From the NCBI GenBank assembly GCA_035553795.1, contig DATMJU010000703.1:1-34487 (forward strand): a stretch of DNA of 34,487 nucleotides, in the 5' to 3' direction. The notes beneath the pieces are model-generated. The model was not told the DNA's origin. It did no database searches and was given only the letters and a program-made list of their open reading frames with translations. A program made the translations under genes and the position numbers. Source of the DNA: Vicinamibacterales bacterium. Its GTDB lineage: Bacteria > Acidobacteriota > Vicinamibacteria > Vicinamibacterales > UBA2999. Below, in pieces: positions 9,239-16,061 of this stretch. Each line of letters opens with the position of its first letter. Position 1 is the first letter of the stretch.

Positions 9239-9580
9239 ATGAGGCGGATCCCTCTCGGAATCCTGCTTGGCATCGTGATCGGCGCTGTGGATGTCCTCTT
9301 GATGCTGCCGCTAGCGTTTCCGGACAAGCGAGCGGCGCTGGCGGGTGCATTTGTCTCACGCTTTTCCCTCGGCTTCTTCGCCGCGACCGTGCAACTCCCA
9401 CTCTCTCCGGTGCTCGCTGGAATGATCGTCGGGCTGCTCACGAGCGTACCTGACGCGATCATCACGAAGGCCTACGTTCCGATCACGGTTTCCGGTATCG
9501 TGTTCGGCGTGGTCGCGGCATGGATCGTGGGCCGCTGGGCACAAAAAATGGTCAATGGTGTCACCGACCTCGTCCTGTGA
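9239..9580 (+). CDS. Hypothetical small membrane protein (about 4 TM helices)
   Basis: ATG 9239 is preceded by GGAGAA. Sequence MRRIPLGILLGIVIGAVDVLLMLPLAF... is hydrophobic throughout. No recognisable family. Confidence 0.5.
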   Translation: MRRIPLGILLGIVIGAVDVLLMLPLAFPDKRAALAGAFVSRFSLGFFAATVQLPLSPVLAGMIVGLLTSVPDAIITKAYVPITVSGIVFGVVAAWIVGRWAQKMVNGVTDLVL

Positions 9581-9633
9581 TTGCTCGCGTGCCGTGAGTG
9601 GCCATCGCTCTGCTTGGCTGGTTGATTTGTACC

Positions 9634-12258
9634 ATGCCCATTCGTCCTCCTGATCCGATACTCAGACTGGCGGCGATCGTCGAATCGTCCGACGACGCGA
9701 TCGTCAGCAAGGATCTCTATGGCATCATCACCTCCTGGAACCGGGGCGCGGAGGAGCTGTTCGGATACACAGCTGACGAGGCCGTCGGACAACCGATCAC
9801 CATAGTGATCCCCCCAGACCGCCTTGCCGAAGAGGAGATGGTGCTGGGGCACATTCGCCGCGGCGAACGCGTCGCGCATTTCGAAACGATTCGCCGGCGC
9901 AAGGATGGGACGTTCGTCCCTATCTCGCTGACGGTTTCGCCGATTCGAGATGCCGCCGGCGTCATCATTGGCGCCTCCAAGATCGCCAGGAACGTTTCGT
10001 ACCGCCGGCAGATTGAAGCGGAACTGGATGAACTCCGACACCGTTTGTTGGCGCTTGCCACTGCCTCGGCGTCGATCCTTGGATCTCCCGATTCCGCTGC
10101 TGTCGCCTCAGCGGCCATCGATATCGCGCGCGACGTCTTTGCCGCCGATGGCTATGCGGTGTGGCGCGCGAAGGCGAGCGGTTCGTGGCAGATCGTGCGC
10201 TCGTTCGGGATCTCGCAGGAGTTCGCCTCGCGCGCCATTCCGGGGCGTTCAGGGAACCCCGTCCCCGTTGTGCCGTTCTCTGACCCGCTCGTCTGCGAAG
10301 ACGTAGAAGCGGCCACGATCGTTGCGGATATGCGGGACGAGTACCGCCGCGAAGGGATTGTGTCGATGATCGTGTTCCCGTTGATGATTCGTGGTGAACG
10401 ATCGGGAACCATGGTGTTTTATTTCCGCCAGCGGACGGCCTTCCGCGAGGTGGACATTCACGTAGGTGCGGGCCTCGCGAATCTGGTGGCCGCGGCGCTG
10501 ACGGCCGCCGATTTGTACGAAGAGCAGCGTCAAGCCCGTGAGGCCGCTGACCATGCCCGGCAACAGGCCGCGTTCCTTGCGGAAGCGAGCACCGTGCTCA
10601 GTTCATCGCTGGACTACGAAGCGACCCTGCGATCCGTCGCCCGCTTAGCGGTGCCGGGGATCGCCGACTGGTGCGCTGTCGACATTGTCGGCGAGGGAGG
10701 AGCGCTGCACAGGATCGCGGTCGCGCACGTCGATCCAAAGAAGGTGGAATTCGCACGAATGCTTCAGGAACGGTATCCCGCCGATCCGAACGCTCGGGAC
10801 GACGTTCACCAGGTGATCCGTACAGGTAAGCCTGCCTACATGGCGCGTATTCCACCAGCCCTCTTTGAGGCTGCCGCCCGGGACGACGAGCACCTGCACA
10901 TCATGCGCGAGCTGAATCTCACGTCGTATATGTGCCTGCCGCTGACGGTGCAGGGCAAAGCTATTGGCGCGATCACGTTCGTGAGCGCCGAATCAGGCCG
11001 ACAGTACTCGGAGGAGCATGTTCGGTTTGCCGGAGAACTCGCCACACGAGCGTCACTCGCGATCGAGAACGCACGCGCCTACGAACGGGCGAACGAGGCC
11101 AGCCGGCTGAGAGACGAATTCCTCGCCACTCTGTCACACGAACTGCGCACGCCGCTCAACGCGGTTCTGGGGTACGCGCGCATGATGCGCACAGAGACGT
11201 TGCCACCCGAGAAGGCGCGCGCCGCGTGGGACGTAGTCGAGCGAAACGCCACGTCGTTGCAGCACATCATCGAGGATGTCCTCGAGGTTTCCCGAATCGT
11301 CGCGGGCCGGCTCCGGCTGCACGTCGAGCCGGTCGATCTGCCGGGGATCTTGCGTGATGCGATGGCGACAGTCATCCCAGCGGCGGACGCCAGAGGCGTG
11401 CGGGTCGAAACCTTGATCGAGCCGCTGACGGCACCCGTCTCCGGAGACGCCGATCGTCTTCAACAAGTCGTTTGGAATCTGTTGTCGAACGCGATCAAGT
11501 TCACGCCGCGTGGGGGCAAGGTGCAACTGCGGTTGTCACGAGTCAGTTCGCATGTCGAGGTCACCGTCAGCGATACCGGCCGCGGCATATCTCCGGATTT
11601 CCTGCCATTCATCTTCGAGCGGTTCCGCCAAGCCGATGCCAGCTTCACTCGAGAACATGGAGGTCTCGGTCTGGGTCTCGCGATCGCCAAGCAACTGGCT
11701 GAACTTCATGGAGGCACGATCACTGCATCGAGTGGCGGACCGGATCAAGGCGCGACGTTCACCTTGAAGTTGCCGCTGATGATTGTTCATCAACCAGTAG
11801 CCCCAGAGCACCAGCGACAGCACCCGCATAGCGACCGTCGGCCGCCAGAACTGACGACGAGTCCCCGCCTGGATGGCATTCACATTCTTGCCGTGGACGA
11901 CGAACCGGATTCGCTCGACTTGCTGCGCATGGTCCTGGAAGGTGCGGGTGCAACGGTATCGACGGCATGTTCTGGACCGGAGGCGTTGGCCGCGATTGGG
12001 CAGCGTGTCCCCGATGCTCTTATCGCCGACGTCGGGATGCCGGCGATGGACGGCTTGCAGCTCATTCGCGCGATTCGACAGATGCAAGAGCCCGCCCGGA
12101 GCATCCCGGCTGCAGCCCTCACGGCGTACGCGCGGTCTCAGGATCGGATCACATCGCTGGCCAGCGGGTTCCACATGCATCTCGTGAAGCCGATCGACCC
12201 TCTCGAACTCCTCGTGGCTGTCGCGACACTTGCGCCCAAGAGGCTCGGCACGAACTAA
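9634..12258 (+). CDS. Cytoplasmic hybrid sensor histidine kinase (PAS-GAF-GAF-HisKA-HATPase-receiver)
   Basis: PAS region (IVESSDDAIVSKDLYGIITSWNRGAEELFGY). H-box LSHELRTPLN, N-box NLLSNAIKFTP, G-boxes SDTGRGI and GGLGLGLAI. C-terminal receiver ILAVDDEPD...DVGMPAMDG...LVKP. No TM segment; ATG 9634 preferred over GTG 9598. Confidence 0.85.
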   Translation: MPIRPPDPILRLAAIVESSDDAIVSKDLYGIITSWNRGAEELFGYTADEAVGQPITIVIPPDRLAEEEMVLGHIRRGERVAHFETIRRRKDGTFVPISLTVSPIRDAAGVIIGASKIARNVSYRRQIEAELDELRHRLLALATASASILGSPDSAAVASAAIDIARDVFAADGYAVWRAKASGSWQIVRSFGISQEFASRAIPGRSGNPVPVVPFSDPLVCEDVEAATIVADMRDEYRREGIVSMIVFPLMIRGERSGTMVFYFRQRTAFREVDIHVGAGLANLVAAALTAADLYEEQRQAREAADHARQQAAFLAEASTVLSSSLDYEATLRSVARLAVPGIADWCAVDIVGEGGALHRIAVAHVDPKKVEFARMLQERYPADPNARDDVHQVIRTGKPAYMARIPPALFEAAARDDEHLHIMRELNLTSYMCLPLTVQGKAIGAITFVSAESGRQYSEEHVRFAGELATRASLAIENARAYERANEASRLRDEFLATLSHELRTPLNAVLGYARMMRTETLPPEKARAAWDVVERNATSLQHIIEDVLEVSRIVAGRLRLHVEPVDLPGILRDAMATVIPAADARGVRVETLIEPLTAPVSGDADRLQQVVWNLLSNAIKFTPRGGKVQLRLSRVSSHVEVTVSDTGRGISPDFLPFIFERFRQADASFTREHGGLGLGLAIAKQLAELHGGTITASSGGPDQGATFTLKLPLMIVHQPVAPEHQRQHPHSDRRPPELTTSPRLDGIHILAVDDEPDSLDLLRMVLEGAGATVSTACSGPEALAAIGQRVPDALIADVGMPAMDGLQLIRAIRQMQEPARSIPAAALTAYARSQDRITSLASGFHMHLVKPIDPLELLVAVATLAPKRLGTN

Positions 12259-12978
12259 TCTTCGGCCTGTGTAGGACCTCTGAAATGTCTTCGGATCACC
12301 TACCTCGGTCAGTTCCCGTTATGCATGACCGCATCCAGTCACGCAGTCACCGGCTTGGCCGCCGCAGCGAACAGCTGCAGGCGTACGGAACTGATGTGGA
12401 GGACCGCCTAGCATATTGAGGCCGACGGCCTTAAGTGAGGGACTCGATTGTGATAGGACTGTGATACGTAGGGCTCACAACCTCGAAGAACATCGAGGTT
12501 TACGGACGCACACCGCCCGATAGTTCTGGAGGCTAAGACGCTGTTGGCGTGTGCGTTAGCGCGGCTCCGGGTTCGTCAGTGTGGCTCGCACGCTTCGCTT
12601 TCCAAGCGTGCCTGATCGACCGCTCCAGCATCTCTCCGTTTAGAATCAACAACTTGCAGTCACGAACATGCCGCGATCAGGGCGATTGTGATAAGTCCTC
12701 CAATGTGCCGCGATCACTTACGGGCTTTTCCAGTATAGCCGTGCCGTTGCTCCCTCAGTGAAACGACCGACGCGCGTCAATCCTGAGAAACGGAACGGTT
12801 GAAAACTGCTTCGAAACCTGAGTTCAACGGTCCTCAAAGATCTGCAACTTAATGCCGCGCTTCCGGACGCTAAGGGGGGATGCTACTCTCGAGTCCTGCA
12901 AGCCGAGTCACTGCACGACAACAGCCCGGTGTCGATCCCGCAGGCGAACGCGATCTCGCCGGCCTGCGCGGGGACTGC

Positions 12979-13294
12979 CTACTTTTTCGGTCCGGATACT
13001 TCGGCCTTGAACCCCGTCTTGTCCGTAATCGATTTGGCAATGGCCTCAGGGGTTCGTCTTCGATGCATCGAAGGTGATCTCCGCTGTGCCCTTTGGCTGG
13101 CTCACTTTCGCGGCCTTCACCCCGTCGATCTTCAGCGCTTCCTTTTCCACCCGTGCCGCACAGGCGCTGCATGCCATGCCTTCAATCTTCAACGTGCACA
13201 CGTCGCCGGCCGCGCGCGTCTCGTTCTGCGCAACTGCGGTGGAACCAAACCCCAGGAACCCGAGAATTGTCATGAGCGCCAGCACTCCCTTCAT
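12979..13294 (-). pseudogene. Periplasmic heavy-metal-associated (MerP/CopZ-like) protein, frame broken by one extra C in a C4 run (or sequencing error)
   Basis: Signal peptide MKGVLALMTILGFLGFGSTAVA followed by LKIEGMACSAC (GMxCxxC). The annotated frame stops after ...ITFDASKTNP (TGA at 13046-13048). The next frame continues PEAIAKSITDKTGFKAEVSGPKK* to TAG at 12979-12981, which is the expected alpha2-beta4 of the HMA fold. Confidence 0.75.
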
Positions 13295-13307
13295 CTCTGC
13301 TCTCCCT

Positions 13308-14276
13308 TCAAAACGCGCGGCTGATCCCGAACTGGAAGATAGCCGACGAATCGAGCTGCTTGTTGGACAAGGATCGGTACAGCGGCAGTTTCACCTCAGC
13401 TTGCACGTTGACGCCCTTGCCAACCAGAACGCCGATCCCCGGAGTCACGTACAGCCAGTTGCCTCCGCCGACGAGTACGCGTGTGCCGCGGAAGGTGTCC
13501 TGCTGACGATGCAGCCAGCCCACGCGCGCGAGCCCCGTGATCCGGTGATGGCCAAGTTCCCGGGCGAGGCCAACATTCGTTTCGGCAGATGCGCCCGTCT
13601 GTAGCCCGTCGCCATTCTCGTAGAGGGGAATTCGAGCAGCCACACTGCCGAAGACCGTGGCCTTGCCGAACCGGCGGCCGATATGCGCGCCGGCGAGCGG
13701 GTCCACGGTGCCGGAACCACGCTGCAGGCGCGACATGGGCACCAGGCTTCCGTCCTGCAGTTCCGATCGAAAGCGGGGTGTCTCTGTTCGACCGGTGGGA
13801 ACGGACGTGCCGAAGTTCACGACCGGATACCACTGCCGAACCGGTCGCAACTTGTACCAGCCCACCACGGACGTGTCGCCGATGCCGCTGAACGTCTCAC
13901 TGAAATCGAGCGCACCAGAGGCCCTGGGAATCACGGCGGATCTCGTCACATCTGGTACGCTCGCCGCAGCCTGAATTCCGAACCGCTCTGTCAGTCTGAT
14001 ATCGAGTGTGAGGAGCGGTACGGTGATCTGCGTCCGCTCCCGCATCGGATTGTCGACCTCAGACGACCCGTCGTACGCGCGGTCACGGTCTTCCGTCACC
14101 AGCCATGCGCCCACCCGGAACCGGCTGCCTGCAACCCCCTCGGTCAATACGCCCCGCCACCCGGGCAGGTACGGATTCGCGCAGCCGCTTCACGTCATTT
14201 GGGCCGAGGCGGGACTCGGAAGTAGCCATGTACTCCCGGCGACCGCGAATGCGCAGATTGCGCGTCTGAACGTCAC
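13308..14276 (-). CDS. Outer-membrane beta-barrel protein (MetA/phenol-degradation-like 'transporter' type) with an in-frame TGA at 14190-14192
   Basis: GTG 14276 overlaps the upstream stop (GTGA) and follows GGGGG. It encodes a Sec signal peptide MTFRRAICAFAVAGSTWLLPSPASA-QMT, then TGA. The same frame continues SGCANPYLPGW... through alternating beta-strand sequence ending in the aromatic terminus ...FGISRAF. Confidence 0.6.
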
Positions 14277-14560
14277 ATGACCCCCAATATTTGAAGCGAG
14301 AGCACGAAGCCCGCCAACGTTGCCGTGACCGCAAGAACCTTGTTGAAAGACCCACCCTCGCGTCGGAGCGTTATCCAGAGTGTCGTCGCCAACATGAGGC
14401 CGCTGACGGACAGAAACGCGCCCTGGTAGGCGACGGCCGTCTGCGCGAACGCCACACCGCTCAGACCAAAGAGAGACATCGCAGCCGGAATCGCGCAGCA
14501 AGGCCGTGTGCAGAATCCAGCAACGGCGCCGACGATCGTCGTCATGAGGACTCTTCCCAT
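14273..14560 (-). CDS. MerT/MerF-like small metal-transport membrane protein (vicinal Cys pair in TM1)
   Basis: MGRVLMTTIVGAVAGFCTRPCCAIPAAMSLFGLSGVAF parallels MerT ...ASACCLGPLVLIALGFSGAW. About 3 TM helices. Start ATG overlaps the regulator's stop (TAATG at 14558-14562). The ORF-track N-terminal extension to 14686 overlaps the regulator gene and is rejected. Confidence 0.6.
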   Translation of the reverse strand: MGRVLMTTIVGAVAGFCTRPCCAIPAAMSLFGLSGVAFAQTAVAYQGAFLSVSGLMLATTLWITLRREGGSFNKVLAVTATLAGFVLSLQILGVM

Positions 14561-15027
14561 TATCGAGACCTCGCGCGGCGCCGAGCGATCTCCGGCGAGA
14601 ACTTCACGTCTGAGACGGACGGTTCTGCATCCGCAATGAACTGGCACAGGCCGTCGCAGGTGACACCGGCCTGCTGCTGGTCCCACTTCGCAAGCTCCGA
14701 AGCGAGCTGATTCCGGAACGCCTGGAGTTGCTGGATCCGTTCATCGACCGCCGCGAGGTGCTCGTGGCCCAGGGACAGCACCTGTGCGCACGGCTTCTTG
14801 CCGGCGCGCGAGAGCTGAAGGATCTCGGCGACCTCGTCGAGCGAGAAGCCGAGCGCCTGGGCCTTCTTGATGAAACGGAGCTCCTCGACTGTCTGCTCCG
14901 AGTACCGCCGGTAGCCTGACGAAGCCCTCGGAGCGCGCTTGAGCAATCCGATTGACTCGTAGTACCGGATCGTCGCGGTCTGTACTCCCGCACGTTCTGC
15001 AAGGTCACCGATGAGCAACGCACCCAT
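14560..15027 (-). CDS. MerR-family metal-responsive transcriptional regulator
   Basis: HTH LLIGDLAERAGVQTATIRYYESIGLL, GYRRY and dimerisation helix. Cys80 (KKPC) and C-terminal Cys124-x3-Cys128 (VTCDGLCQ), counted from ATG 15027. An alternative ATG at 15036 lies inside the predicted -10 element. Confidence 0.85.
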   Translation of the reverse strand: MGALLIGDLAERAGVQTATIRYYESIGLLKRAPRASSGYRRYSEQTVEELRFIKKAQALGFSLDEVAEILQLSRAGKKPCAQVLSLGHEHLAAVDERIQQLQAFRNQLASELAKWDQQQAGVTCDGLCQFIADAEPSVSDVKFSPEIARRRARSR

Positions 15028-15042
15028 GCTTCTCATTAGAAC

Positions 15043-15064
15043 ACCTTCAAGTCGGCTTGAAGGT
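15043..15064. promoter_or_regulatory. MerR/CueR-type operator: perfect dyad ACCTTCAAG-TCGG-CTTGAAGGT inside a long-spacer promoter for the minus-strand operon
   Basis: The minus strand reads TTGACC(15067-15062)-TTCAAGCCGACTTGAAGGTG-TTCTAAT. This is the same layout as E. coli PcopA (TTGACCTTCC...GGAAGGTTTAACCT), with a 20-21 bp spacer. Confidence 0.7.
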
Positions 15065-15070
15065 CAAGGG

Positions 15071-15104
15071 GCTTGACTCTCAAGCCGGCTCAAGACCGTA
15101 ACCT
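15071..15104 (+). promoter_or_regulatory. Possible second long-spacer promoter (TTGACT-20 bp-TAACCT) facing the small Cys-rich ORF, with palindrome GCTTGA-CTC-TCAAGC and CTCAAG direct repeats
   Basis: TTGACT at 15073-15078 and TAACCT at 15099-15104. Palindrome at 15071-15085. CTCAAG at 15079-15084 and 15089-15094. Confidence 0.3.
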
Positions 15105-15146
15105 CGTTGGGCGTGGCGGATGATCCGCCCTCATGTCGAATTGGAG

Positions 15147-15263
15147 ATGGCGATGAAGATGGAACTGGTTGGGCTCGCGGCTGCTCTGGTGGCGATGTTC
15201 GGGACCGCAGCGGCGGCGGCGACGAAAGTGGCCTCGACGGGTTGCTGTCCGCTGTGTAGGTAG
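15147..15263 (+). CDS. Unannotated small ORF: signal/TM peptide with C-terminal GCCPLCR
   Basis: GGAG at 15143-15146. ATGs at 15147, 15153 and 15159. Encodes MAMKMELVGLAAALVAMFGTAAAAATKVASTGCCPLCR*. Third-codon positions are mostly G/C, as in neighbouring genes. It is followed by a perfect hairpin and falls below the 60-aa cut-off of the ORF track. Confidence 0.4.
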   Translation: MAMKMELVGLAAALVAMFGTAAAAATKVASTGCCPLCR

Positions 15264-15281
15264 CAAAGGGCGCGATTGGAG

Positions 15282-15304
15282 CTGGCCGGTGCCGTACCGG
15301 CCAG
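15282..15304. terminator. Perfect 8-bp GC hairpin (CTGGCCGG-TGCCGTA-CCGGCCAG) between convergent genes
   Basis: Read directly from the sequence. There is no clear U-tract, so terminator function is inferred from its position between the small ORF (+) and the 15328-15957 gene (-). Confidence 0.4.
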
Positions 15305-15327
15305 CGCGGTCGTCTGCTCTGGACTCG

Positions 15328-15957
15328 CTAGTGCCGCACCTGACCGCCAGCGAAGTGCAAGAGCACGAACAGGAGCGCCACGATCGCGATGACGACGGCG
15401 ACATAGGGCCAGGGGGGCGTGCCCGTCGACGTGAGGGCCGACGCGGTGATGGCTGGACGACGCTCGGCCTGCCTCCGGCTGCCGTACGGTGTCATACCGA
15501 ACGGCTTATACACGCCGAGCACGGTCGCGACCACCAGCAAGACCAAAGCGAGGGTCGCATGAAGCGCCGGCGATAGATTCCGCACCAGCCCAAGCTCCAC
15601 GGTCGGATCTGCGGCGACGCCCGCCATCTGCCTGAACGTGCCCATATAGATCAACAGGATGACGGTCGCGAACGCCGTAATCAGCAGCTTCAGTACAACC
15701 CAGTAGTGCCGAATAAGGCCCCACGGGGTTCCTAGCGATATCACGATCCCACTCAGGAGCGACGCATGGGCGAGTGGGACGAGGACGAACCACGCGGCCG
15801 GCGCCATGACGAGGTAGGCGCCACACACGGTCGCTTCGTCTCGGCTGGTGAGCCCGATGACCGCGAGCGCGAGGAACGCGATCACTGCGCCGAGCCAGCC
15901 CACAGACGACGTGATGTGTGCCGTGAACGTGAATCTGCGCAGAGCGCTGGCCATCAT
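15328..15957 (-). CDS. Hypothetical polytopic membrane protein
   Basis: 209-aa ORF with 5-6 hydrophobic helices (VGWLGAVIAFLALAVIGL, VLKLLITAFATVILLIYM, YVAVVIAIVALLFVLL). No family recognised. Lies downstream of the ECF sigma gene on the same strand. Confidence 0.55.
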   Translation of the reverse strand: MMASALRRFTFTAHITSSVGWLGAVIAFLALAVIGLTSRDEATVCGAYLVMAPAAWFVLVPLAHASLLSGIVISLGTPWGLIRHYWVVLKLLITAFATVILLIYMGTFRQMAGVAADPTVELGLVRNLSPALHATLALVLLVVATVLGVYKPFGMTPYGSRRQAERRPAITASALTSTGTPPWPYVAVVIAIVALLFVLLHFAGGQVRH

Positions 15958-16061
15958 GGGAACAACTTCGACATGAAGTGGCGGCCCGACTCGCCACAGG
16001 AACTCAGAGCTGATTGTATGACGGCGAGGTGAACCGCTCCTGAACAGAACGGCCGACTAGT

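Noticed and set aside
12549-12761. 70-aa ORF inside the non-coding gap.
   Set aside because: Atypical composition, no SD, no recognisable motif, and it sits in the AT-richer segment. More likely non-coding.
12781-12880. Tn3/Tn21-family terminal inverted-repeat fragments (CTGAGAAACGGAA at ~12783-12795; ACGCTAAG at 12867-12874).
   Set aside because: Only short cores resemble the 38-bp IR as I remember it. The two pieces are ~70 bp apart instead of contiguous, and there is no GGGG outer end in register and no transposase or resolvase in the window.
12259-12978. tRNA or tmRNA gene as an island integration target.
   Set aside because: I found no T-arm (GGTTCRAnnCC with a matching 5-bp stem) or cloverleaf on either strand by eye. 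This needs a proper tRNA scan to exclude fully.
15090-15576. ORFs 15090-15404 (-) and 15169-15576 (+) in the region between the MerR operator and the membrane-protein gene.
   Set aside because: Arg-rich nonsense-like translations. They overlap the better-supported small Cys-rich ORF, the hairpin and the 15328-15957 gene.
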